This document shows positions 38,987 to 48,292 of a DNA stretch of 64,000 bases, one piece after another. This DNA is from an uncultured Candidatus Saccharibacteria bacterium (GTDB taxonomy: Bacteria; Patescibacteriota; Minisyncoccia; Phycocordibacterales; PALSA-1337). Each line of letters opens with the position of its first letter. The stretch's first letter is position 1. The stretch is taken from positions 7,582 through 71,581 of the forward strand of contig CAZYES010000001.1 in assembly GCA_964646515.1 (NCBI GenBank), given 5' to 3'. The notes beneath the pieces were generated by a model, which was not told where the DNA came from, did not search any database, and saw nothing but the letters and a program-made list of their open reading frames with translations. The translations under genes were made by a program, and so were the position numbers.

Positions 38987-39460
38987 AATGTAGTCTATAT
39001 CTCCAGGTGAGCCGAAACGAGTGGCTTTTGTAACGTTAGCCGGCAGTACTCTCGGAATCGAGTCAGGGTGGAAAAAAGGAAGGATGCCGTAGAATTGCCA
39101 TGTGGACCTATGGCGTAGACGCAAATGAACGATGGAGGAACCGATCTTTCTCTACGGAGAGGAGTCACTACATACTCGCTCTAGACTCTTCTTACTTTTG
39201 CATTTTCAAGCATCAAGTAGAAAAGAGACGACATGATTGGGACTGGAGCCACATTACCTCAATGTGTAGTCCTTTGACCTTCTTTTATCATGTTGAAGTG
39301 CGTCATCTGTTGTTTAGCGTGATCTATTTTGAGCTTTTTGTCAAGGGTTTTAATTTGCTACGTTGGTAAAATCGTGTTACTGTGAGAGGAGACTGATACA
39401 ACCACATCGAATTAGAAAGGATATTGTATTAAATGGATTTATACGAAGGCTTGCGCCTTC

Positions 39461-39988
39461 TTGCTCACAATATTTGCTTTTGTCCGTCTGGGCGGAACAT
39501 TATATTTAGAAAAAATTGTTGTAGCCCCATACTATTGGGTATACTTCCCGCACTGCATCAACACAGATGGTTTATTGATGGCCATCCCATTATTGTATGT
39601 AGAACAATTGGCGTTTTCCGTATTACTTTTGCTGTTCTACGACTTTATTGGGATTGACATCATTGGATTGGCTCACATCAAACACAAGATGTCTGGTAAG
39701 GGAGAGAAAATGAAGTTGCGCTTTCCTAGGTTTAGCAAGTTTCTCGGTAATCACAAGAATAGCGCCAAGGTAGTCAAGTTTTCTTTCTTGTCTTGGCAAC
39801 TTATCGCTTTTCTTGTCTTACTATGTATGCGTGTTGATGGCAAGAAAGGTCCGCGAGCCAAAGAATTCGCCATGTTATGCGGTAGCGTTATCATATCCAC
39901 CGCATGGTGGACACTTTTTTCGTTCTGGCTGTATAAGCCATCTTTGATCTTTATAAAGTCAATGGCTGATTACATAAAATTACATTAG
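39461..39988 (+). CDS. hypothetical small membrane protein (3 predicted TM segments)
   Basis: Only the hydrophobicity pattern supports it, so the call is weak. Confidence 0.3.
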   Translation: MLTIFAFVRLGGTLYLEKIVVAPYYWVYFPHCINTDGLLMAIPLLYVEQLAFSVLLLLFYDFIGIDIIGLAHIKHKMSGKGEKMKLRFPRFSKFLGNHKNSAKVVKFSFLSWQLIAFLVLLCMRVDGKKGPRAKEFAMLCGSVIISTAWWTLFSFWLYKPSLIFIKSMADYIKLH

Positions 39989-40086
39989 TAATTATTCGCA
40001 AAGCGTCTTCGTTTATCGTTGGCGCTTTTTATATTGGTTATGGCCACAATACTCGCTATTTTTCATTTTCTTGATACAATAAATTC

Positions 40087-41868
40087 ATGAAGGAAGAACT
40101 TATCAGTTTATTGAAGAGTGCCACAATCAGTTGTGGTATTCACGATACTTCTATCAAGATCGATTACCCAGAAAATCCAGACCATGGTGATTTTTCGACG
40201 AATGTTGCTATGATTAACGCCAAAAAACTGGGAACTTCGCCGAAAGATTTGGCAGACAAAATTATTGGTGAATTTAATAATCATTTACCTGATTTTGTTC
40301 AAAGCGTGGACGTTGCTGGTCCGGGTTTTATCAATTTTTTTGTGAAAGACGCAGAATTTGCCAGAGAAATATTGAAGATAAACAGTTCGATGAAAGACCC
40401 CTCATTTTCTTATGGTAGATTGAACGCCAGTGTTGGAGAAAAAATAATGGTGGAATACACGGACCCAAATACATTCAAGGTTTTTCATATTGGCCATTTG
40501 ATGTCAAATGCTATTGGAGAGTCCATTGTCAGATTGGCCGAATATTCTGGAGCGAAAATGATCAGATTATGTTATTCATCAGACATAGGTTTGCATATTG
40601 CCAAGGCGGTTTGGGCACTGCAAAAACATTTCGATGAAATGCCCAGTGATTCGGCCTCTATCCAGAGCAAAACTGAATTTTTAGGAAAAATGTATGTAGA
40701 AGGAGTCAAAAAGTATGACGAAGACGAAGATACAAAAATGGAAATAGATATTCTCAATAAGGTTATTTATGAGAGATCTGATCCTACGGTGATTGGACTC
40801 TATGAAAAAGGTAGACGATGGAGCCTAGAACATTTCGAAATGCTGTATAAAACATTGGGAACTTCGTTTGATGATATGATTTTTGAAAGCGACATGGCGC
40901 CAATCGGTCTAGAGATCGTTCGGGAATATATGAAAAAAGGCGTGTTTGAAGAGAGTCAAAATGCTGTAGTCTTCAGTGGTGAGAAGTTTGGATTGCATAC
41001 CAGAGTATTCGTGAACTCCAGAGGTATACCGACTTATGAAGCCAAAGATATCGGCCTGAACGTGACGAAATTTAAAAAATACCCAGATGCTTCGCAGTCG
41101 GTCATCATAACGGCCAATGAGCAAGATGATTATTTCAAGGTACTTATCAAGGTCTTGTCTCTAATTGATGAGAAAAATGGTTCGAAGACCAGGCATATCG
41201 GTCATGGAATGATGAGATTTATTGACGGGAAGATGTCATCACGCACCGGCAACGTGATTACGGCCGAGTCACTTTTTTCTGATATAAAAGAGATAGTTTC
41301 AGAGAAGATTGCTGACAGAAAATTTACCAAAGAAGAGGCAGATGAGATTTCTGATATTATCGTTGTTGGGGCCATCAAATATACGATCTTGAGACAATCA
41401 ATCGGTAGTGATGTGGCGTTCGACTCTGCCACCTCAGTCTCGTTTGAAGGAGACTCTGGTCCATATTTGCAGTATTCAGCAGTGAGGGCACGATCGATTA
41501 TCGAAAAGGCGAGAGAGGAGGGGATGATAGGGGCGCAAAAATCAGATACCGAATTTTTAGGAGCCAAGAATTTCAGAGAGGGAGATATATTATCGATAAA
41601 AATCGCAGAGAAAGTCGGAATGTTAGAGAAACTGATTGTCAGGTTTCCTCATGTTGTCGAAAGGTCTAGAGTTGAGTATGCGCCTCAGAATGTCGCCAAT
41701 TATTTGACATCTCTGGCTGGCGCCTTCAACAATTTTTATGCAACGCAGACGATTGTCGACAGGAGGGATGAGTTGTCGCCTTATTATTTGGCGCTAGTGA
41801 GGACGTTTTTGGAGACCATGACCAATGGCTTATGGTTATTGGGGATCAAGGTGCCAGATAAGATGTGA
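40087..41868 (+). CDS. argS: arginyl-tRNA synthetase
   Basis: HIGH-like FHIGHLMSNAIGESI, a DALR anticodon-binding C-terminus, and a terminal Met. Confidence 0.9.
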   Translation: MKEELISLLKSATISCGIHDTSIKIDYPENPDHGDFSTNVAMINAKKLGTSPKDLADKIIGEFNNHLPDFVQSVDVAGPGFINFFVKDAEFAREILKINSSMKDPSFSYGRLNASVGEKIMVEYTDPNTFKVFHIGHLMSNAIGESIVRLAEYSGAKMIRLCYSSDIGLHIAKAVWALQKHFDEMPSDSASIQSKTEFLGKMYVEGVKKYDEDEDTKMEIDILNKVIYERSDPTVIGLYEKGRRWSLEHFEMLYKTLGTSFDDMIFESDMAPIGLEIVREYMKKGVFEESQNAVVFSGEKFGLHTRVFVNSRGIPTYEAKDIGLNVTKFKKYPDASQSVIITANEQDDYFKVLIKVLSLIDEKNGSKTRHIGHGMMRFIDGKMSSRTGNVITAESLFSDIKEIVSEKIADRKFTKEEADEISDIIVVGAIKYTILRQSIGSDVAFDSATSVSFEGDSGPYLQYSAVRARSIIEKAREEGMIGAQKSDTEFLGAKNFREGDILSIKIAEKVGMLEKLIVRFPHVVERSRVEYAPQNVANYLTSLAGAFNNFYATQTIVDRRDELSPYYLALVRTFLETMTNGLWLLGIKVPDKM

Positions 41869-41899
41869 TTCTAGATAATAAAATGTTATAACTACTTCA

Positions 41900-44800
41900 A
41901 TGAATCCAGTTAATGTGGAGAAAAATAATATAGAGGATAAGAAAATTGCAAAGACATCTCACGCCGAACGCGAAGAGCGCATTTTGGCTTTTTGGAAAGA
42001 GAATCATATTTTCGAAAAGTCTTTGACCAAACCGTCGCCAAAAGGTGAATACATTTTTTATGATGGTCCACCATTCGCCAACGGTTTACCTCATTATGGC
42101 CATCTACTTGCCGGGATTATCAAAGATGTTGTGCCAAGATTCAAGACTATGCGAGGTTATCATGTTCCAAGACGCTGGGGTTGGGATTGCCACGGTCTAC
42201 CAGTGGAAAATTTGGTTGAAAAAGAGCTTGGGCTGAAAAGTAAAAAAGACATTGTCAATTACGGTATTGAAAAATTCAATGAGGTAGCGCGCCAGAGTGT
42301 TATGCGTTATGCCGATGAGTGGAGAACGATAGTTCCGCGCTTGGGACGTTTTATCGATATGGATTCTTCCACAAACTCAGGCAAGGGGCATGATTATCGT
42401 ACCATGGACGCCTCTTACACGGAGACGGTCTGGTGGATATTCAAGCGGTTACATGACAAACATTTGATTTACGAAGGTTTCAAGTCTATGAATCTGTGTC
42501 CACGGTGCGAGACGACACTTTCGAACTTTGAGGTGGCACAGGGATACAAAGACATCACGGATATTTCCGTTACGGTTAAATTTAGAGTTAAAGATGAAAA
42601 ATTTGGGGGCAAAGACAGTTCAGACACATTCTTGTTGGCGTGGACAACGACTCCGTGGACTTTGCCAGGTAATGTTGCTCTGGCAGTTAATTCAAAAATT
42701 GATTATATAAAAGTTAGAATTGCCGAACAGGGCACTTTTATTCTTGCAAAGGACAGATTGTCGATCTTAAAAGATGCCAAATATGAAGTTGTCGAGACGA
42801 TTCGAGGTACAGCACTTATTGGAATAGGTTACGAACCATTATTTGACTACTATTCAAATAATACAAATCTTAAAGATCGTGCCAATGGTTGGAAAGTATA
42901 TGGCGCAGATTTTGTGACTACAGAAGACGGGACAGGTATCGTTCATATTGCTCCAGCTTTTGGGGCCGATGATTATATGTTATTGCAAAGATATAAACTT
43001 CCATTTGTCCAACACGTTACGACTGACGGCAAGTTCAAGAAAGAGGTTTCTGATTTCTCGGGAATGAGCGTGAAACCAATCGATACTAAAGATGAAAAAG
43101 ATGCTCATCAAAAAGCAGATGTAGAGATTATCAAATGGTTGGCGCACCACGATCTTTTATTTGCAAAAGAGAAATTGATCCACTCATATCCGCACTGTTG
43201 GAGATGCGATACGCCACTTTTGAATTATGCCTCTTCTTCATGGTTCGTGAAAGTGACAGACTTAAAAGGTAAATTAGTGGCGGAGAATAAGAAAGTTACT
43301 TGGGTACCGCCAGAGGTTGGTGAGGGTAGATTTGGTAATTGGCTCGAGGGGGCTCGTGATTGGGCGATCTCTAGAAGCAGGTTTTGGGGAGCACCAATAC
43401 CAGTGTGGAGAGAGGAATATCTGGAAAAAGATGGTAAAAACCTGTCGGCAGGTAAAACCAATTATAGAGCTGATGGTGATACGGAAAAGATTCACGTTGT
43501 TGGTTCAGTCGAAGATTTGAAAAAATACAGTAAAGCCAAAAATACCTATTATGTAATGAGACATGGTGAAGCAGAGAATAATGAAAAAGGTGTGCTCGAT
43601 GGTTCTGTATCGTCAGTTTTCAGATTGACCGATAAAGGCAGACAGCAAGTTGCCGATTCAGCTAAAAATTTCAAGAAATTACACGAAGATGTACTTATTG
43701 ATCTAGTCATTGTGTCGCCAATACTACGGACCCGCGAAACAGCCGACATTTTCATAGAGAACTTTGGGCTTACCAAAGATAAGATAGTTATTGACGAGCG
43801 TATCCGAGAGTACGATCCTGGCATTCTTGATGGTCACAAAATATCCGAATTAAAAGATATCATCAATGGCCAGGATAGGTTCACGTGGAAACCAGACGGT
43901 GGAGAGAATTATCAAGATATCAAAAAACGCATGGGAGATTTCCTGTATGAAATGGAAAACAAATATTCCAATAAATCAATCTTGATCGTTACGCACGAGA
44001 CACCGGCCTTACTCCTTTTTTCTTCGGCTTACGGACTGACTCTCTCAGATACCAAGTCTTTGCGCCCTTCCGGAGATTTCATCGCCAATGCAGAGATTCG
44101 GAAATTGGATTTTACGCCCCTACCGCACAATGATAGGCATGAACTCGATTTGCATCGACCATTTATCGATGATCTTCAGTTGAGGACGGACGAAGGTAAT
44201 AGGTTGGTTAGAGTGCCAGATGTATTCGATTGTTGGTTCGAATCGGGAGCCATGCCATATGCGTCAAATCATTATCCTTTTGAGAATGTTGGCTTTGAGC
44301 CAAAGCCCGGACCATTTAAAAAACCCAGAGGTTATCCTGCGGATTTTATTGCCGAAGGGCTAGATCAGACCAGAGGTTGGTTTTATTCGATGATGGTTTT
44401 GGGTGTAGCACTTTTTGGTAAGACTCCTTATAAAAAAGTCATCGTAAATGGGCTGGTTTTGGCGGAAGATGGTCAGAAGATGTCCAAACGCAAACAGAAT
44501 TATCCAGATCCGATGCGATTGGTAGACAAATATGGCGCAGATTCTCTCAGATTTTATCTTCTTTCATCTCCAGTGGTACATGGCGAGGATCTTTGCTTTA
44601 GCGAGAGGGGAGTTGACGAAGTCACAAAGAAGATAGTCAATCGATTGCTCAACGTAGTCTCATTTTACGAAATGTATGTCGGCGGGCTGAAGGCTCGTGA
44701 TATATTATCTAAAGTCAGCTCTAGTAATGTTCTTGACTTGTGGATATTGAACAGACTCAACGAGACTATCTCCATAGTAACAAAAGCGCTTGAAGCAGGT

Positions 44801-45580
44801 GAGCTAGATAAAGCAGTGAGGCCATTTATGGATTTTACAGATGATCTTTCCACTTGGTATATTCGACGCTCTCGTGACAGATTCAAGGCTCTTGCCGACA
44901 AGACAGCAAAAGTCGATTATCCTAATGATGAGGACAAAGACTCGGCACTTGCTACCACTTGTTTTGTGCTACTGACAACCGCAAAAATACTAGCTCCATT
45001 TATGCCTTTTTTGTCGGAAGAAATCTATTCGAGAGTTGGTGGTGATCTAGAGTCGGTACATCTCGAAGAATGGCCGACGGCGAATGCGGTCGATTCAACA
45101 TCGATCGGCTCCATGAATATAGTACGAGGCATTTCTTCCAAGGCGTTAGAGGCGCGCATGAAGGTGAAGATAAATGTGAGACAACCACTTGCAAAATTGA
45201 AAGTCAGAGACACAAATCTAAAGGATCTGGGCGCATCGCTTATTGGTCTGATCAAAGACGAAGTAAATATCAAAGAAGTATCTTTTGATTCCACTATTGT
45301 GAATGATATAGAATTGGACACAGTTATTACCCCTGAATTGAAGGAAGAGGGCATAGTCCGTGAGCTGATTCGTATTATCCAAGATTTGCGTAAGAAAAAA
45401 GGATTGACCATGAATGATAGGGTGGTGCTTTTCGTCGGCACCGATAATGTGGGAAAGGATCTGGTTGAAAAGAATCGTTCGAAGTTGATGGCCACGACGT
45501 CGCTAAGAGAGATAAAATATGACGGCACCGGTTCTGAAGAATTTAGGATTGGTGACTTGGTCTTTAGGCTATCTATATAA
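41900..45580 (+). CDS. ileS: isoleucyl-tRNA synthetase (eukaryote-like type) carrying an inserted histidine-phosphatase domain
   Basis: GPPFANGLPHYGH, the CP1 editing region, WAISRSRFWGAPIP, DVFDCWFESG, KMSKRKQN. Residues ~550-750 (nt ~43547-44140) contain RHGEAENN, VIVSPILRTRETA and LIVTHET motifs of the PGAM/CobC/SixA histidine-phosphatase superfamily. Confidence 0.9.
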   Translation: MNPVNVEKNNIEDKKIAKTSHAEREERILAFWKENHIFEKSLTKPSPKGEYIFYDGPPFANGLPHYGHLLAGIIKDVVPRFKTMRGYHVPRRWGWDCHGLPVENLVEKELGLKSKKDIVNYGIEKFNEVARQSVMRYADEWRTIVPRLGRFIDMDSSTNSGKGHDYRTMDASYTETVWWIFKRLHDKHLIYEGFKSMNLCPRCETTLSNFEVAQGYKDITDISVTVKFRVKDEKFGGKDSSDTFLLAWTTTPWTLPGNVALAVNSKIDYIKVRIAEQGTFILAKDRLSILKDAKYEVVETIRGTALIGIGYEPLFDYYSNNTNLKDRANGWKVYGADFVTTEDGTGIVHIAPAFGADDYMLLQRYKLPFVQHVTTDGKFKKEVSDFSGMSVKPIDTKDEKDAHQKADVEIIKWLAHHDLLFAKEKLIHSYPHCWRCDTPLLNYASSSWFVKVTDLKGKLVAENKKVTWVPPEVGEGRFGNWLEGARDWAISRSRFWGAPIPVWREEYLEKDGKNLSAGKTNYRADGDTEKIHVVGSVEDLKKYSKAKNTYYVMRHGEAENNEKGVLDGSVSSVFRLTDKGRQQVADSAKNFKKLHEDVLIDLVIVSPILRTRETADIFIENFGLTKDKIVIDERIREYDPGILDGHKISELKDIINGQDRFTWKPDGGENYQDIKKRMGDFLYEMENKYSNKSILIVTHETPALLLFSSAYGLTLSDTKSLRPSGDFIANAEIRKLDFTPLPHNDRHELDLHRPFIDDLQLRTDEGNRLVRVPDVFDCWFESGAMPYASNHYPFENVGFEPKPGPFKKPRGYPADFIAEGLDQTRGWFYSMMVLGVALFGKTPYKKVIVNGLVLAEDGQKMSKRKQNYPDPMRLVDKYGADSLRFYLLSSPVVHGEDLCFSERGVDEVTKKIVNRLLNVVSFYEMYVGGLKARDILSKVSSSNVLDLWILNRLNETISIVTKALEAGELDKAVRPFMDFTDDLSTWYIRRSRDRFKALADKTAKVDYPNDEDKDSALATTCFVLLTTAKILAPFMPFLSEEIYSRVGGDLESVHLEEWPTANAVDSTSIGSMNIVRGISSKALEARMKVKINVRQPLAKLKVRDTNLKDLGASLIGLIKDEVNIKEVSFDSTIVNDIELDTVITPELKEEGIVRELIRIIQDLRKKKGLTMNDRVVLFVGTDNVGKDLVEKNRSKLMATTSLREIKYDGTGSEEFRIGDLVFRLSI

Positions 45581-46213
45581 ATGTACTCGATTGTTACCAC
45601 TTACGGATTTGTCATCGATTCGCGACCACATGGCGAGGCGGGTCGAATATTGTCGATATTTACGCGTGATCTCGGGCTCGTCTTTGTAACTGCGCAAGGC
45701 ATACGTCTAGAAAAGTCGAAACTCCGTTATTATACACAGGAGTATTCATTTGGACGATATTCATTGGTAAGAGGAAAGGAATTTTGGCGATTAACAAGTG
45801 CGCAAGATGTTGATTCAAGGATAAAAATGTCTGTCTCCCCGGTCTCTCTTGCCGAGACAACGTGGGCTATAAAATACGTTAACCACAGACAAGAATTGAT
45901 TGCGCGTATCGCTTTATTATTGAAGAGGTTACTTCATGGCGAAGAGGCGCATGCAGAATTATTCGAGTGTGTCTATTCTTGTGCCGGATTTTTGTATGAG
46001 CAACCACATTTTACGGCTGAACGGTTAGAAACTTTCGAGTCGGTTGTAGTCTTGAGGATTCTACGTTTACTTGGTTACATAGGCGATGATCCATTACTCG
46101 GCGAAAAAATGCAATCGTCAAATATCACAGTCAAATTGTTGGATGACTTGGCAATGAAAAGAGTGTTGATCAATCAGCACATCAACAAGGCCCTGAGAGA
46201 ATCTCATCTATGA
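45581..46213 (+). CDS. recO: DNA repair protein RecO-like
   Basis: An N-terminal OB-fold pattern (GFVIDSRPHGEAGRILSIFTRDLGLVFVTAQG) and helical C-terminus. Start codon overlaps the ileS stop codon by 1 nt. Confidence 0.5.
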   Translation: MYSIVTTYGFVIDSRPHGEAGRILSIFTRDLGLVFVTAQGIRLEKSKLRYYTQEYSFGRYSLVRGKEFWRLTSAQDVDSRIKMSVSPVSLAETTWAIKYVNHRQELIARIALLLKRLLHGEEAHAELFECVYSCAGFLYEQPHFTAERLETFESVVVLRILRLLGYIGDDPLLGEKMQSSNITVKLLDDLAMKRVLINQHINKALRESHL

Positions 46214-46245
46214 TTGGGAATAAGCAATTTCACTAAATAAGTTTT

Positions 46246-48204
46246 TTGTCATATAATATATTGGTGTCTACGTCAGATGATAAAAGTCATATCGATGAAT
46301 TGAAGAGTTCGCTATATTCGCGTACGGCGCCAGACGTTCGTACTAGAAGGAAACTCCGATTTTCCGAGGATACCCCCGAGATAAAGACCGATTGGGACCA
46401 TCCTGGAGAAATGGTAGAACCACCAGTAGAACTAAATAAAAAACACAAAGATCATTCCATGTCATTTTTTACCAAGTTACTTATCGGCTCTGTAGTTTTC
46501 TGTCTGATTGCCGTTGGGGTTGGCGCTTATCTGTTTTTCAATGGTTCCAATCTCATTTCTGCTGACAATATTGATATAAATATAGACGGTCCAGTATCTA
46601 TCTCAGGCGGAACCCCTGTTTCTTTCGATATTTCAATAATAAATAAAAACAACGTCAATTTGCAGTTGGTAGACATGACGGTTGATTTTCCTGTTGGCAC
46701 TACAGATCCGAATGATACCTCGGAGATTTTGCAGAATTACACTAAACTTATTGGTAATTTGCCAGCAGGCGGTTCCGCGCGCGAGACCATAAAGGCGATC
46801 ATCTTTGGTGAAGAAAATCTACAAAAAGAGATTACCGTGACGTTGACATACGGAGTAGAAGGTTCTACATCAGTTTTTACCAAGAGACGTACCTATGAAG
46901 TTCTTATCAATTCATCGCCAATCAACGTCTCAGTTTCTTCATTCAAGGAAATAACTTCTGGGCAAGAGTTTGATCTCAAAGTAAGTCTGAAGTCCAATTC
47001 TCAAGAAGCCTTGAGAAATGTTATGCTCAAAGCTTCATATCCCTTTGGTTATAGCTTTATTTCGGCAAATTTACAGCCACTTGTTGGAGATGCCATCTGG
47101 AAGGTTGGTGACATTCCCGCTGGAGGTGAACGCATCATAATTATTCATGGAAAAATTTCTGGAGAAGATAACGACACTCGAGTATTTCATTTTAGCGTCG
47201 GGGCACAAAGTATTAGTGACCCAAAAAACATTGGTACACAGTATATGGCGGTAGATCATAGTATGACTGTGGAAAAACCTTTTATATCTCTCAGCATATC
47301 AGTTGACAATGAAAGAGGTACCGAGGATTATGTCGGCCAATTTGGCAGATCATTGCGCGTAACTTTGACATGGTTTAACAATCTATCTAACTCTGTATCC
47401 AATGTGAATATCAGTACGAAATTGTCTGGCTCCGCTTATGACAAGACAACAGTTTTTCCTGATTTGGGTTTTTTCAATTCTGCTAATGATGAAATCGTTT
47501 GGAGCCAGAAAACCAATCCTGATTTGGCCTCGATCGGTGCTGGCGGTAGTGGAACGGTTTCTTTTACTATTACTCCCAAAAACAAAGGCACATCAATAAA
47601 CTTGATTACAAATCCGGTCATCACTCTGACCGCCAACGTGTCTGGGAATCGCACGCAAGAATCTGATGTTCCACGCTCGATTTCTTCGGCGGTCACTCGT
47701 AATATTCTTATCTCTTCAGACGTCTCTCTTTCTGGGCGAATTGTACGAACCATTGGCCCCTTCTTGAATACTGGACCGATCCCGCCAAAAGCTGAGAGAT
47801 CGACTACTTATACAGTAGTTTGGGATGTTGACAACACTTCCAATGCACTGAGCGGAGCACAAGTCACTGCTACTTTACCGTCGTATGTTAAATGGCAAAA
47901 CATGGTTAGTCCTAATACTGAAGATGTGACTTATGATCAGAACAGTGGCTTGGTCACATGGAAGATAGGGAACGTGGATGCTCACACCCTAAGTTCTTTG
48001 CGGAGAAAGGAAGTGGCTTTTCAAGTATCGTTTACGCCTAGTATCAATCAGGTCGGGCAATTCCCAACTATAGTCAATCAGGCTACTCTGGTTGCTACTG
48101 ACAGTTTCACCAATACCGCGCTTCAAAGCTCGCAAGGTTATTTGACCACTAGATTTAGCACAGACCCAGGATATAAGAGTGGTCAGGACATGGTCACGAA
48201 ATAA
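46246..48204 (+). CDS. hypothetical membrane-anchored protein with large beta-rich ectodomain
   Basis: A ~75-aa cytoplasmic N-terminus, one TM (FFTKLLIGSVVFCLIAVGVGAYLFF), then ~550 aa of repetitive Ig-like/CARDB-like sequence. The listed ORF starts at TTG; the true start is uncertain. Confidence 0.5.
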   Translation: MSYNILVSTSDDKSHIDELKSSLYSRTAPDVRTRRKLRFSEDTPEIKTDWDHPGEMVEPPVELNKKHKDHSMSFFTKLLIGSVVFCLIAVGVGAYLFFNGSNLISADNIDINIDGPVSISGGTPVSFDISIINKNNVNLQLVDMTVDFPVGTTDPNDTSEILQNYTKLIGNLPAGGSARETIKAIIFGEENLQKEITVTLTYGVEGSTSVFTKRRTYEVLINSSPINVSVSSFKEITSGQEFDLKVSLKSNSQEALRNVMLKASYPFGYSFISANLQPLVGDAIWKVGDIPAGGERIIIIHGKISGEDNDTRVFHFSVGAQSISDPKNIGTQYMAVDHSMTVEKPFISLSISVDNERGTEDYVGQFGRSLRVTLTWFNNLSNSVSNVNISTKLSGSAYDKTTVFPDLGFFNSANDEIVWSQKTNPDLASIGAGGSGTVSFTITPKNKGTSINLITNPVITLTANVSGNRTQESDVPRSISSAVTRNILISSDVSLSGRIVRTIGPFLNTGPIPPKAERSTTYTVVWDVDNTSNALSGAQVTATLPSYVKWQNMVSPNTEDVTYDQNSGLVTWKIGNVDAHTLSSLRRKEVAFQVSFTPSINQVGQFPTIVNQATLVATDSFTNTALQSSQGYLTTRFSTDPGYKSGQDMVTK

Positions 48205-48292
48205 TAAATAACAAAGAAGCGTGCTTTTAAATGTCTACTCTTGGTGGATTTTATCATTTGTTGGCTTTGTACATTTGAGGTAATATACTGTC

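Noticed and set aside
39100-39657. Listed plus-strand ORFs 39100-39369 and 39433-39657
   Set aside because: They have odd composition (Trp/Cys/His-rich). They overlap a GC-rich hairpin region and a minus-oriented terminator, so they are more likely non-coding.
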